From Hydrolagus affinis (Eukaryota), in contig JAAILG010001829.1 in assembly GCA_012026655.1 (NCBI GenBank), positions 1 through 61,175 of the forward strand: DNA of 61,175 nucleotides, written 5' to 3'. This document shows, one piece after another, positions 36,269 through 51,477 of this stretch (the first letter of the stretch is position 1; every line of letters begins with the position of its first letter). A program made the position numbers and the translations under genes. The notes under the pieces are model-generated. The model was not told the origin of the DNA. It saw only the letters and a list, made by a program, of their open reading frames with translations, and made no database searches.

Positions 36269-37839
36269 CAACAGCTTCCTTGCACAATTTCCTGTTCCCG
36301 CTTACAATATTCTGGCTTAGTTTGTAGAAAAAATACACACCTTCATATCACATTACAGTATGTCCAGTGAGAGGCATGAGATGTCAAAGTATATCAAGTA
36401 TTAGCAAATGCAATACTTATTTAGCAATTAAAATTAAAACTTGGCTTGTAAATTGTTAAATCAATCTGACCAATGAATATTGACCATATCAATCCTCAGC
36501 AAATATCATCCATATATTTGGGTCAGATCGATCCTCAATCTCAATATTTTGTTTCAATTTGATCCCTCTGACCCCTTCCCCACTGTCTTTAAATCCCACA
36601 TGGGAAACTACCTCTTTAACTGTGCTTACAGTCACCTACGCCTCCCTTGCTCAATTTCCAACCCTAACACTGTATAATGCTCCAAGACATTATTCTACAT
36701 GAAGGGCGCTATATAAATGGAAGTTATTGTTGTGTACAAATCCTATCAATTTGTACATAAAACATATTGTTCCTGTTTATGAGTAGCAGCTGCAGACTCA
36801 CAAGTCAATCCATATGGATTGGATTGACATTTCCAAACAACTCCTTTTTATGCATTTTGGAACATCTTCTCACAACTGTTGTCTCAAAAAAACATTTTCC
36901 TTATGGTTTCATTCAACCACAATTACTTTCTAACAAGTGGTATTAAAATATTATTAAGTATTGCAAAAGGATGAGTATTGGGATTAAAAAATCTGCCAAG
37001 ATCTAATAAACTGATGGAACATGTTTAATGGTTTGAGAGGCCTCGTCCTGTTCTCCTGTGTTCCTAAGTGATCAAATTGGATTCAGCTCAGATAATAGAA
37101 AAAGATGAATCCCAAGTGTCTTGCCTTCCAACTCAAATCCCTGGGAACAGACAAGTTAACTTCTTATTTAAAAAAAATCTGTGGATTATAAACAATCTGT
37201 TGAAGATGTTTGTTCATGTACACTTTGTCCAAAGCAAAGGATCAACAGGAACTTCAGCTGGAAGGCTTGGGTTTCTTGTCGAAGCCATTAGAAATATGCA
37301 AACTATCAGTCATCTGAACAACATTGCAAACCAGAAACTTTTTCTCATTCAACAATAACAGCATGGATTTATAAAACCTACCTCTTCGGTTTTCAAGCAG
37401 CATCAATGACTCAAAGCGTAGTAATGATATGGAGCAATGAGAAGGAACAGTTATGTATGGTTCACCAAAAGCATTATTGAGAAGAGACATTGGAGGTAGG
37501 GAGAGGGAAAGCAAAACATTTTTGGAAGAATTCTGGAAGGCAGGGGCTTATTGGTGAAAGGTTTGGTCAGCAATGGTGAGATGGTGGGCGTAAAGAGCAA
37601 GCAATAATCCAGAATCTGATTAGCTAGGGTACTGGTTGGAAAGTATAGTTAGAGGAGATGCCATAGATAGGATGGGGTGAGAGTTATGATGGAATTTAAA
37701 CTTCATTGACTGGGTACTGGGAGCCAGTAAGGCCCGGTGAGATTGGGAGGAGTGGGTTTGAGGAGTCTAGTCTACTTATTTTCTGGTATAGGTCTTTAGG
37801 TGAGTCATGTTCTTCTTGGGCAAATTTTTTCAATTTCAG

Positions 37840-39090
37840 ATAGCCATTTAATTAGATCATGGCTAATCTGTATCTCTACTGATACTTTTATTTCCAATTT
37901 ACCTCTTTTTTCCCATATCCTTTAATTCAAAAATGTATCAACCTCATTCTTGAAGGTGCGGATGGATCCAGCATTCAGAATCTTTTGAGGTAGAGAATTC
38001 CATATTTCTACCACCCTTTAAGTGCAAAAATGCTTCCTTATTTCACTCTTAAATGGCCTGGTTCTAATTTTAAGACTATGTTCCCTTGTTTTACATTCCC
38101 CCACCAGAGGAAATAACTTATTTGTATGTACCCTATCAAATCCCTTTATCATCCTAAAAACCTCTATCAAATCACCCCTCAATCTTCTAAACTCGAGGGA
38201 ATACAATCCAACTTTATGCAGCCTTTCCTCGGAACTTAACCCTTTTAGGCCTGGCAACATTCTGGTGAACCTGCCTGCACCCCCTCCAAGGCCATTATAT
38301 CTTTCCTGAAGTGTGGTTCCCAAAACTGAACCCAGTACTCCAAATGGGGTCTGACTAACGCTCTATACATCTGAAGCATAATTTCTTCCCCTTTGTATTC
38401 TAGGCCTCGTGAGATAAAGGCCAACATTATATTTACCTTTTGGATTATGTTTTGTACCTGGGAACTAGTTTTTACGGATCTGTAGACACCCAAATCTTTT
38501 TGCTCCTCCACATTTCTTATTTTCTCCCCATTAACAAAATATTCTGCCCTATCTTTTTTCGATCCATAGTGGATGGTTTTGTACTTCCTTACATTGAACT
38601 CCATCTGCCACAGCTTTGCCCACTCACTTAATCTGTCTAAATTCCTTTGTAGCTTCTTACTCCCATCTAGACTACTTACTGAGCCTCCGATCTTCGTGTC
38701 ATCTGAAAACTTTGATATAAAACTTTCTATTCCTTCTTCCAAGTCATTTATATACTGTATATGGCAAATAGCTGAGGTCCCAGTACAGACCCCTGGGGGA
38801 CACCACTTGTCACGTCCCACCAATATAGGTCATTCCCTTTATCCCTACTCTGTTTCCTGTCTCCCAATCAATTGCCAAGCCACAAGGTTACCTCCGATTC
38901 CGCCCACTTCTATTTTCATTAATGGAACCTTATCAAATGTCTTCTGGAAGCCCATGTAAACGACATCCACAGACACTCGCTTATCGACCATTTTAGTGGC
39001 TTCCTCAAAAAATTCAACTAGATTAAACAAACACGACGATGCTTCACAAGCCTATGATGACACTCTTCCACAAGCTCATACCTGTCCAAG
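37840..39090 (-). mobile_element. CR1 LINE, RT domain to 3' end, frameshifted
   Basis: ORFs 38845..39030, 38245..38823 (YINDL, KFSDDTK, LVRPHLEY) and 38018..38323 (RRLRGDLIEVF). Confidence 0.93.
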
Positions 39091-41805
39091 TCAGTCACTC
39101 CAGTCACTTTGTCGCTGATGATGCAATTAGCGCAAGTATATTTATTACCTCAAACATTTTACAGAATTCAATTATTGCTGAACTATTACACTGGCAATGA
39201 ACCATTAATTTGGGTGCATATTAAACATCCAAACTCTTTCCATTTTATACGAGCACCTTGAAATGTCCTCCCGATGTGAAAGGCGCAACACAAATGTAAA
39301 TTTGTTGTTGTATATACCCGTCTTTAAAGGATTTCTCTTAACTAAGATTCCGACAACTAAATATTTAGATGCTTTCGGTGATGATTCACGTGTATTGATC
39401 ATTCAAACAATAGCATGAGGCTAAACCAATAATTTCTGCTCTGAACCTTTCAAAACTCATGGACAAAGCACATTATCACTTTTTTTACATTACTCATTCC
39501 ATTTATTTGTTAGCCAGTAGGCAGATACATGCCAAAACGACTCATGCTCAAAGAGCCCAGTTCAAGCTGCTGAAAACTCACAGAAGCATTTTTTTCTAAA
39601 AAAGGTCACAACATCACAATCCACAAGAAACATTACCCTAATGTGAACAGAGGATCATGCATATCTTATATTAGCGTTTCTCATATAGGGAAAAAATATC
39701 TCTTTAACTTAAAATAGTTTGGTGAGGCTTCAGGTAAGCCTCATTCTGATTTTCTGCAGATTGTTGGAATTGGTTATGAGATTAAACATCTTGTAAGCCA
39801 AAAGTCAGGCTTCAGTAGAACTTTGTAAAACATTCTGGTTGAACCCAGAATGCTTATTTTCTCATTAGTCTAAGCAGCAGTTTCCACAGTTGAAAGGCTA
39901 TTTCCTGCGTTGTTTGCCCCCGAGGCAGATCAGAAGCAATGACCATAGCCTTCCAAGTATTCCTCCTCTTCCCTCACAGCCCCCCACTCATTTTCTCACG
40001 CAGATAGTTTTACACAGCTGAGGAAACGTTCACGTGGCTTTTGTCTATTCTGTGTCCTTCAACGAGTCTGTTTGGTAACTTGTCATTTGGTAAATATATG
40101 CAATTATGTGCTTTAAACCAAACAAATTTGAAGGTACCACAATTCATTTCTGCAACCCTGCAACAAAGGTTGGTGAGGGCTGCAGGAGGTTCTTTGTTCT
40201 TCTTTAAACGCTTCGTACAATATCTAATATGCTGTTTCAACAACCAATGAATGAAATGGAATGAAATTGGCATTGAAAAAACTCCGGGCATTGCCAATTA
40301 TTTAAGATACCATAAAGCAAGAGCCATTTTGGCTACACATAATGTACTTGTTCTCCGCTCGCCCCCATCAATGGGAAATGATTTTGTCCAGAATCTGTAG
40401 AAATGGATGTTCAAAAGTTAAGTGTCTCACATTGGGTTAGTTTTATGAGTGTGAATATTCACTTGTGCCATAACTTGTATTTGTTTTCTTTACTAGATTA
40501 GTAAGCATCACCCATGTTGTAATGCAAATCGAATTGTATACTCAGTTCCACATTTTCCAAGGTATTAATGGATGAAGTCTGACACTGATGGACTCCAGAA
40601 CTCTCTATCTATCTATGTGTATTATCTCCAGATGAAGGTTATTGGAAAATAAACATAAATTTGAAAGACATGGTGCAATGACTTAAAACATTCCAGATGC
40701 TTGGGAATATCACCATTTTTAGTAAAGTCTGGTCATAGTGAACATGGAGGCAACAGCCCACGAGCCGAATGATGTACATTGAAACTGGCTCAAATTATTG
40801 GTCAGTCACCAGTCACATTGTATATGACTGGCTCATTTCCTTAAATACATCAGATCTATTATAAAATGTTCCATTTTACATCCCATAGGTTTTTAATTTC
40901 ATTCCCAGACAAAATATGGAAATGTGTCTGTTCTCCATTGGATAACTTGTTCGGCTGCAATGACCCATGATGCTACATAATACCTGCCAAATACTGTACT
41001 ATGTTTTAAACCGCGTATTCTTGGATGATGCTTTATAAATCATGTTAACCCTCCCATATGTGTTTGAAGAATAAGAAAGTTATCTTTAATGGTTTCAGCA
41101 CAAGCTGGTTTGTATATTTCCATAATAATCTGCCTTTAGAACAATTTATTTTTACCCTTTTCGGTAGATAATCGTGGCACCAAATTAAATTCCAGTTTGC
41201 CTAAACAAGATACAGTACAAGTTTTAGCTTTACTTTGGGAAGTAATCAGATTTTTTTCTTTATCCTCTCAGCTCCAAAAAATGGAGTTGTCACAAATCTT
41301 GAAGAAATACTGTATAGTGTCACTCACCATGAGAAAATTTGTGACCCAATAACCTGGAACTCAACACAAGCTTAACAAACTATTTCCAGGATCTAAGTCC
41401 AGACAAAGCTAGTCTCGTTTTGCTTCTTTTTTTAGAAGGGGCTGTGTGCATTTTGTAACCTTTTGTGCCCAAAGTAGGATGATATTTTTAGCCCTTTAAA
41501 TACTGTATAATATTTAGTTATCTATATATTGGGATATGTGACGGGAGTCAGCATTTTACTGTTGAACTGGCACATGTGCAATATTAAGTACTTATATGAA
41601 TGTTGCTGTTCCTGAGTAGTCTGACCTTATCTGCTACCCCATGTAATTGGCATTGCATGCTTACTTTAGTGTTTATACAGTTTAATAATGATAATCCCTT
41701 TATTTGATATACAACAACAAACAACAACTTGCACTTATATAATGCCCTCCATGTAGGATTGGTCTTAGAGCATTTTGCATAAAGTGTCTTATCACATAAT
41801 TCAGA

Positions 41806-42400
41806 CAACAACAACAAAATTACATTTATAGAACCCCTTTCACGATGGGAGGACGTCCCAAGGCAGGGTAGGGGGGAGGGGCGGGAGAGAGTTAGGAGGA
41901 GAGGGAGAGAGTTGGTAGGGCAGCAGAAGGCACGGTCGAAGAGGAGGGTCTTGAGACTGGTCTTGAAGGAGGCGAGGAAGGGAGTGAGGTGAAGGGACTG
42001 CAGGATGGAGTTACAGAGTGTGGGGCCAGAGAGGCTGAAATACCATCCGCTGATGGTAGGGTGGGTTGGGTGAGGAACATGGAGCAGGCTGGAGCCCGCT
42101 GAACGGAGTGGATGGGGAGGTTCATAGTGGGACAGCACGTCGAAGAAATGGGGGATGGGGGGGTGGGGAGGGTGGGTCAAGGCCGTGAATGGCCTTGAAG
42201 GTGAGGACAAGGATCTTGAATTTGATCCTCTGAGGGATGGGAGCCACCGGAGCCGGGCGGGGGGTGGGAGTGATGTGGTCGCGGAGCTTGGTGCAGGTGA
42301 GGACACGAGCTGCAGAGTTCTGGATGATCTGTGGGTTGAGAAGGGAAGAACCAGGAAGGCCAATGAGGAGGGAGTTTCCTTAGTCGAGCCTTGATGGGAT
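41806..42400 (-). mobile_element. L2 3' fragment (same subfamily as 1-639)
   Basis: Tail reverse complement gggacgtcctcccatcgtgaaagg; FKTSLKTLLFDRAF. Confidence 0.88.
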
Positions 42401-44246
42401 GAATGCATGGGCATGGACGTCTCAAAGCACATCACAGGATATACTGTACTGTAAAGTGATTTGATTATATTTTGTGGGCAAAATGCAACATCCGGTTTGT
42501 ACACAGCAATGTCCCACCTGCTGCCATGGAGTATATGCAACCAATTATGGCACCTCCAATAATGCAATACACACCCAGTACTGCATCCTGCTTGAACCTA
42601 TAACCTTCTGACTCAGAAGAGGTGACAGTGTTACCGCTAAGCCAGGCTTACATGTTTAAAATGTTGATTTATTCTGTATATAATGGGATTTCTATTTGAA
42701 AAGGAGTTTGCCTATCATAAACAAGCAATAAATGTGTCCTCTTTTTAGTGACCAATGGGCGCTAAACACCATTTACTTATGAAAATGATGATTTGGACAA
42801 GGTTCTAGGTGAGCATTTTTCACGCACATCATCCCATCAAGTAACAGTAACAGCAGGACAGCAAAAGGAATAATTAGCTGAAATAATTCTTCCCTTTTGA
42901 TGCCATAATGTAAGCAGGAATGATGTTCTGTCCTTCTAGCCTTCTCTACGGCTGTCAACATTGCTGATTCAATTGAGGTGTGATGGTGAGAATTGTCTGT
43001 AAAAGGTAGTTCTTCCTTAAGCTTTCGCGCGCCCCTCTCCCCCCCTCCCACCCCCCCCCTCCCCTCCATCATAAAGAAACTTTGCTGCAATCCAGCAAAC
43101 TTGGCACTGGGGTATGTCAAAGATCAAATGTCACTTAAGCCTGGAATTTGAAACTGTTTTCCAACCTCCAAGTCTTCCCACTCTACCACTAGCGAAACCA
43201 AATCTAGAGCAGCTTTTTAACACATTATGTGTGCTTTTCATGTTTAATTATGCTATCTATTATAAATGGATGACCCCTGCTTTTCCCACGGAAAACTATT
43301 CCATGTATTGCATCTGGTGCAGGCCAGATGTGCTGCTGAGGCACTGATGTAAAGCTTGGTGTGACCTCCAGAGAATTTGCCCAAATTACAATAATCACTT
43401 TAATCCAAACAGGTGTTTTTTATGGCTTCCAGTACCACTGAAGAAAATCATTGCGTTTGTTGTAAATCGGCACCAAACCTTTTGTTAGTAACACTGATTT
43501 GAAATGCATTAGTGAAGTTTTACAATATTTATTTCACAGTTAATTCAAAACAAACCAAAAGATATTCTGATCCGCTTACAATTGTTTGGAATGGGTTTTC
43601 TTTACTTTGAATAACAACTGCAAGGCTTTTATAACAAATACACACTTTGCTGCACACTTTTTTAAAGAAACATTTCCAACACAATATCTTATTATGTATT
43701 ATATTAATACAGTTGGTAATGCAGTTTGTAAGACTTCAGAGTAACAGACTGAAAAGTAATGATTTAACATATTAATTATACCTCACCTCCAGGTGCAATA
43801 TCAATGGAATTTTAGAGAAACATGAGCAGGGAGACAAAGTTAATATTGCCCATTTACAGTGGAGTGGACTGAAGGAGGCAGAGTTCTGTGCATGGACATT
43901 AAATCCTTATGCTGAATAGATGACCTTTGAATTCCAAGGAGTTGACTGGATTGCCTGAATAGGTAGAGAACATGGAGCACTAACTGACGCCAATGCCAGT
44001 GATAAACTGATCAATCAGTGGATAGAAGGAAATCAGTAAGCTGTCCCACATCTTTATTCTTTGTGCACAAACAGAACCAAGTAAAGAACTCCTTGTTTAA
44101 TATCTTAAGCCTATATTTAATGGAAATGCATATTGGCTGCTGCTAGTTTTATTCTTTACATATGCTAATATGTCAAATCCTACCTCACAAACCGCCAGCA
44201 GTACATCTCAATAAACAGCTTTTCCTCCCATTCTCACCCAATTACC

Positions 44247-45280
44247 TGCGAGGTACCCCAAGGATTTATCCTTGGCCCCTTCCTCTTCCTCATCTATATG
44301 CTCCCTCTTGGGGATGTCATCCGCAGACATGGGGTACACCTCCACATGTATGAGGATGACACCCAACTCTAATTTTCCACCTCACTTTGCGAGCCCCTGT
44401 CCCCTGATGTTCTGTCAGCCTGCCTGTCAGACATCAGGAGCTGGATGAGCGCGAACTTCCTGCAGCTGAATATTGACAAGACGGAAGCCATACTCTTTGG
44501 CTCTCATCAACATCTTCAATCGCATGGCTCTCACCTCCTCCACCTTCCCGGTCTGCCCCTAAAACTCTCAGAACCTGTGCGTAACCTAGGCGTCAGGTTC
44601 GACCCCCAACTGTTCTTCCTCCCCCACATCCGGTCCGTCACCAGCGGCGCTTTTTTCCACCTCTGACGGACTGCCCATCTCCAACAATATTTCACCTCAA
44701 AAGCCGCTGAAACCCTGGTCCATGCCTTTGTCACCTCTTGGCTGGACTATTCCAATGCCCTCTTTGCTGGTCTCCCCTCCACCACAATCCATAAAATCTG
44801 CTACTCACATTCTCACCCGCACCAAACTTTGCTCCCCCATTACCTCAGTCCTTGCCAAACTTCACTGGCTCCCTGTCTCGGAGTGGATCGATTTCAAGAT
44901 CCTCACTCTTGTTTTCAAATCCCTCCACTCCTCTGCACCCCCCTACCTCTCTGACCTCCTCTCTCCTCAAACCAGCACCCATTTCCTTCGATCCACTGGG
45001 TCTGGCCTCCTCATTGTCCCCTGAATCCTCCGCTCCATCATCAGCGGCCGTGCCTTCAGCCACTACGCCCTGAGGCTCTGGAACTCCCCTCCTCACTCCC
45101 TTCACCTCGCACCCTCTCTTCCCAGTTTCAGGTCTCAGCTAAAGACCTTTCTCTTCGATCATGCCTTTGGTCACCTTTCTACCCCTGCCCCTGGCTCAGT
45201 CCCGGGATCCGTTATTGTGAAGCGCTCTGAGACACCGTCCGGCGTGGAGGGCGCCATATAAATCAAAATTGTTATTGTAT
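44247..45280 (+). mobile_element. L2 LINE fragment, RT to 3' tail (second subfamily)
   Basis: ggtaccccaagga, atgtatgaggatgacacccaa (YxDD), NFLQLNIDKTE, LHWLPVSEWIDFK. Confidence 0.92.
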
Positions 45281-46149
45281 GCTAATGTGTTTTCTACCTA
45301 GTCTGTTACTACACAATATAGAGCCTTTCTAAGTGAGAAAAGCTGTTGTGTAAATGTTCCAAAGGCATCAAAAAGAACTGTTGAAAAACAGCTTTCAATT
45401 TGGGCTGAATTGAAACATTTCCCCAAAATTCTGCATGATCTGAAATTTTTTAAACCTTAAGATAAAATCATGAGAATCATTTGGAGTTGACCGAGGTTGG
45501 GAAGGGGCTACATAGGGAATCCTTGGGAGCTGAACTAATTCCAGGAGGACATTCTTGGCAAGAGAATCAAATCAACCCTCTGTGGTGGTCTCATTAGTCT
45601 TGTTTAGAAGAAAAGAGAGTCCCTCAGGGCTACATTTTACCCCTGGTGAATATTCTCAGTTTTAAGAAATGAAGTGAATATTATCTAATTACTGTAAGTG
45701 CAATGGTGCTTTAAAGCCATCCTACCCAAATCCATTGCTGCCCAGCTGCTTCTTTTCAAATCATCTGATTGGAGTTTGATTTAAGGCACCTAAGTTTCAT
45801 TTCCAAGACACTGAAGGCATCTGAGCCAAGTAACACTCGTCATTGCCTTTCCCCCAGACCAAAGGTCACTTGAATTCTTTGGAGATGATAGTAGACAAGT
45901 TAAATATACAGCACTTTAGTAACTAGGTCTGATTTGAATTATCGAGTACAAGTTATCAAGCAACATCTCATGAGAAGTCCCCAAGGCTCTATTAAACTTT
46001 ATGAAACATACATGAACAAGACTCTCACTAAATTCCACTTAGTTCTACACAGAACTCTGTGTGAACTTGTGGCCTGACCTTCATATTGCTTTATAGCTCA
46101 TTCAAGTGTATAGATATTAAATTTTTTGTGCAAATGCATCAAAAAGTCT

Positions 46150-46331
46150 ATATTTGGTCACTTAATCCATGCCGGTTGATTGGACACTGCTTTTGTGTAC
46201 AATTGTGCACAATTGGCTGTGGAGTTTCGTCCACAAAACATATAGTCACTTCACAGTATTTTCTGTGAAGCACTTTAAGGCATCTAGAAGATGTAATAAG
46301 GCACTATATCAAATGCAAGGATTATTATGAT
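46150..46331 (+). mobile_element. SINE 3' half
   Basis: Family body and aaatgcaaggattatt tail. Confidence 0.75.
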
Positions 46332-46734
46332 TTGCTTGGTGTATCAACGTCTTTCATGTCAGGAAGACGTCTCAGCGTATTTCACAAAGATGGTGGGGGG
46401 GAATAAGATGATGTCAAGTCTAATACCAGCAAGATAAAAGTTTGTCTACAGAACCCATTTTACTTGCACACTCCAGATACCAGCTACAGCAATTATGGAA
46501 AGAAAAGATTTAGTGATCAAAGATTAGTTGTTTAATCTTGATGATATATAGTCATGAAAGGCACCAAGTCATATTCCTTGATTCGCATTGACTCCTGCGT
46601 GTACAATAAATATATTTTATGTATGTTCTGTTAGCCACTTAACTTGCCTGTCTACCACGGCACAGAGAGTCACAGAGAGTGGAATGATTGTGTTGAGGAC
46701 CTCATACTTGGTTGACTGGTAATTCAGATGGGTA

Positions 46735-46955
46735 CACAGAGGATTGTGAAGATGTGAAATGCTCTGCTCAGGAAATCTGCAGAGGCAAAATCAATAGGGA
46801 TGTTTAAAAGAGAGATAGAAAGATAAAAGTATAAAGGGGTCTGGCAAAGGAGCAGAATATTTAGATTAAAATATTTACCAAGATAAAATGCTGGAATAAT
46901 AAGATAGTGGAACAGGTTCAATGGCCTCCTCTTGTTCATGTTTTCCTATGATCCT
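46735..46955 (+). mobile_element. Degraded CR1 3' end
   Basis: acacagaggattgtgaagatgtgaaatgctctg...tttaaaagagagataga...atggcctcctcttgttc. Confidence 0.65.
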
Positions 46956-47990
46956 AAGTGTCATCTATCTTCTGTGCGATGCAGCAGCGTTCTGTATAAA
47001 CAGATATCTGCAACCAGTTATTTCAAACACATGTGCTTCTGAGGTTAGTTCTGTAGAGCTCTGTTATACAACTCCTATGACGTCCAATCACTCTATATTG
47101 ACTGGCAGAATCACAGCTGGACTATGTCGACTTGCAGCTGCTGAGCCCTTTGGCTGCCATTTCGAGACCTCTTAATTGGAGATTTAAGTACAATAATTTG
47201 TGTTACTAAAGCCTGGAATGCTGCATAGTTTAATAAACTGATTTTGGAATCGAAAAAAAAGTGGAGCTCCAGCTGAGGACTGCTTGGAAAATTGAGCAAA
47301 GAATTATTGAAAACCAGTCTCACATTTTCCTCAGACGTACAGATGTTGCAAATGGTAGAATTCAAAGAAATACTAATATCCATAGAAATCTATTCAATCT
47401 TAGTGGTACAAAACCACATGTGCACAATGGGTAACAATTGTGGAAGTGTCACTAGGCATCTGGCCTCTTTTGTGTTGAATGCAGTGCCCTTTACGATTAT
47501 TGTCACTCACTTGAATCAGCATTAATTGTGGTTATAGAGTGAGGAACATTGGATGGAAAGTCTCTGTAATGTTAGGTTAAGCATGGCCTCTCAGTATGCT
47601 CTTTTGCAGGTAGCTATAGAGAGAAGGGAGGACTTACCTCAAATGGGGCAAACTTAATGTCAAGGCAACCATCTCTAAGGGTCTGCAATGGCATCTTAAT
47701 AATTAGGCAGTATTGTTAATGGTGGGGATCACACTGAATAGTGGCTTCTGAATTCTACACTGAGATGCAGAATGTAAATATTGATCCCAGATCACACAAA
47801 ATGTAGAGTTGGCTTCCCACTGACTGGCTGTATATTTTTCAAATGTTCTCCTTCCACAGAGCTCAATGATTTCAGTAACCTTGTATTTTACAGTAGAACA
47901 TGTGGCTAACTATGAAACTTGCAATTTATTTTGCTGGAGGAAGAGAAGGCAAAACTATTTTCCTTAAAGCTCTCAATTAGTTGACTGGAT

Positions 47991-48225
47991 GGAGTCCTGT
48001 AGCTCAGTGATTAGAGCACTCGCCTTACAAATGAGAGCCCTGGGTTTGATTTCAGACAGGGCAAAACCTTGGGCAAGTTTCAACCCATGACTGTTTGTGG
48101 GACACTGCTATGCACAATTGGCTGCTGCGTTGCACTCATATGGTGAATTCACTTCATAGTGTATTCTGTGAAGAACTTTGAGACATTTAGAAGACATGAT
48201 ATCAAATGCAAGGATTATTATTATT
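47991..48225 (+). mobile_element. tRNA-derived SINE with internal deletion
   Basis: ggagtcctgtagctcagtgattagagc head; family tail. Confidence 0.88.
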
Positions 48226-51200
48226 TTGCTCAGACTCTCTGAAGAGAAATTAAAGCTGATGAAGTGATTCAGAATTAAAACCTGCTTCCATTTGCTTATA
48301 CTAAACACATGATATATAAATGAATAATTCCAATTTTATTTTAAATTAGCTGATATGATAAATAGAATTCTCATTGAATAACGGTAGATACTATTTTTAT
48401 CCTACTTGTGAGAAATGTGATATTACACAGATGAAACATATGGTCAGCTTCACTCTTGGGATAAATATTTAGTATCCGTAACTGAATTTCCTTAAAGTCG
48501 TTGTGATATTTTCCATGCTTCTTCTATTAAACACAGAGGAAAAGGCTAGGGTGGAGGATGCACAACATCTGATTTCAATGTTCTATACATCCTAAATTTA
48601 AATGGTCCTTAGGGATTACTGTGTCTCTAATTGAGTGGGGCTTCCAAGGAGCTCAGCTAAAGGTTACTCTAAAGAATGTGGGAATACAGTGGGAGTACAG
48701 TTTTATCATATAGTGAGAAAGAGGCTCACATAGAGTTCACTTGGACATAGGGCATTTGATAGGAATGTGACTTTTAGAAATACCTAATATAATGTAGCTT
48801 TGCATCTGTGGACTTTGCAGCTTTGTAGATTCTGCTCTGTTTCTCTTAATGAAATACATTAGTTTACAATACAATACACATTTCACATTGGAAGGTCAAC
48901 TTAAAGCACATGACAAGGCTGGTTTACAAATCACAAATCCCAACTTGATGCCTTCTAAAGCCTTCAATAAACATTAGGGGATCTCCACTCCATACAATCT
49001 CAAAAATATCAGTGAGAGTAAATTGCATGGTCTGTGACTGAGGTATTTAAGATAATGTTTCGCTGAATGTTTTATTCTGACGTATACACAATGATCTGAT
49101 TACAATAGATCGGGTTGTAATGTTTGAATAACTAAGAAAACATCAAGGACACTGCTCAGAAGCACAGCCAAGTTATCACCGCAACGCAGTACAAGTGAGT
49201 CAATGGTCTGTGGGGGAGTCGTGGATGTCTGTTATTTGGGCCAACAGCTGCTTTGATCTCATTGTACAGTAAAAGGTCATTTGCTAATGGAATGCTGTGA
49301 AATGAATTTATATTTATAAAACAATGAAGTCAGTATCCGTTAAATTTTCCTCCATGGTATTCCATTTTAAGATTTGCTTTCAGAACTGAAAGGTTTCTGT
49401 GAAAGTCCTTGTATGAAAGGTTTGGAGTTGCAAAGGGCAATTTCAGGACAGGTATCAGGAAGCTTTTCTTTACCCAGAGGTAATTAACGATTGGAATAGG
49501 TTGCCAGGAGTGCGGTTAAGGACAGGACACTGAACTCATTTAAAAATATGCATCATGCTGTGATGGGAGGACAGGGGATTGAGTATTCTGGACACATGAG
49601 GTCACATGGGCTGAAGAACAGACCTTCTTCATCCAAACTGATCTTTTGATGTGTGAACCATGATCACATTCACTGAGAAATCACTCATTATTCACAATGC
49701 AGTCTGAGCATCATGTTGTATAAGAGCCCGCCCTGAAACCTGATCAAAGGGCAAAAAACTTCTCGAAGTCCAGAATACCTTGCATTTTTACGTGAGTAGA
49801 TTTGTTGGTAAAAGTTCCCTTCTATTCAATGCGCTGCACTAAAATGCGCAACTAAATTTGAATGTGAGAATTAAATTTGCTCCCTTGCTGGTTAATATTT
49901 CAAACTGTAATTCTGTTTATTAGTTAATTACAGTATATCAGTAAGGAAACCTATAATTCTTTCTGTACCCATGTGTTTACACAAGTAACATAATATACAT
50001 GCGTTTACACAACTCACATTATAGACCCCAATGGATTATTTTCAAGCACATTGATGGTTATTATCTAATCAACCATGGCAACAATCTGTGTCAGCACCAA
50101 TGCATAAACAGCAATGAGATGAATGTATATAAATTGTAAGGATTATTTATTGTAACCAAGAGAACTGCATCAACATTCCAACAAAAAACATAGCTCCTAT
50201 ATAAGGACTGCTTGTGTAACTCTGATTCAAGCATACAATTCCAATGTAGCAAATCATCCCATTATTTAGAATTACTGACCCTGGCATAACCTATAAATGC
50301 ATAAATCCCGGTTTAAGACGGCAATTGTTTGTGTTATCTTGTTCAACATATGGATTATAGTCTCCAACAACAGTCATTTCTTGCACAGTAAAAAGAAGCT
50401 AGATTTTATTTAATACTGTAAATAGCATGAGAGATTAAAGGCACTATCATAAATATTGGTTTTTATTTGTCTCCTGATTCCAAGGACAACAAACCTTAAC
50501 ATTTGGCAAAATTTTATTGCAACAAATTAAGGGGAGTATTTCCTGAAAATGTGCTTCACGAACATACATTGTTTTGTTTACAACACTTAATAGATAAGTG
50601 AAATTGAATCACATTGAAGTGCATCAACCGTGCAAGATGCTTTGGAAATTCCTCGCCCTATCCTTCCACCTTGCCTTCTCCTTCTCCTCTCCTGGACCAT
50701 GACTGAAGACAGTGTTTTCGGTCACCGGCTCCCTCCCCTAGCTCAGTGTCACCCATGGACACTGTGTAGCGCTCTGTGGCACCATATAAATGTAAGTTGT
50801 TGTTGTGTGTGGTCAGTGGGTTAAAATTAACACTGGATTTGTCCCTCCCTCAAAAATAAAACTGCCAATCATTTTTTTTCGGGTAGATAGCACCACTTTA
50901 AACTGTGCAATTATGCCTTATATTCACTTGTAGTCGATTTCCAGTGGTACTGAGGTTAATAGGCTGAACAGACAGCAAGTGGGTGGAGGCTAAGATTGTA
51001 TGAATCTGCATCACCTGCCATGTGTTCAGAACAATAGCCAACTCGCAATTATACTGTCTGCCATTAAAGCGGGGAAAAAAACTGCTCGACTGAAAACCAC
51101 AGAAAACCAAACAGAATAACTGTGTGTAAGCTGAAAAGCCCAGCAAATGAAGGTAAGAAAACCAATGAAGTGAACCAAGAAAAAACCACAATTACCTCAA

Positions 51201-51477
51201 ATCAGCTGAGAATGAAATAATATGAATAGCAAAGCCACAGGAAAATAAAGTCAAACAAGGTTTATTCATCACAATATGAGGGCATTGACCTGAATGGAAG
51301 ATGAAAACAGTTGGCCAATTTGTTCTACACAGTAGCCAGTTGAATGCAAATCACTATGTTTTATTGATGGCATCATATGTTATTTGTGGACCAATGCTGA
51401 GTACAAATTGGCTGCCACACTTGCCTACAAAACACCCAGCCACTGCTCTTCACGGTATATCATGGAGTCTTTATGGT

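Noticed and set aside
39723-39852. Two 8-bp stem hairpins (also short palindromes near 19047, 36804 and 54339)
   Set aside because: Short enough to occur by chance in 61 kb of AT-rich DNA; no supporting context
41584-42567. Longest ORF in the track (327 aa, minus strand)
   Set aside because: It runs through SINE and L2 fragments, mostly off-frame; chance read-through of stop-poor repeat DNA, not a gene
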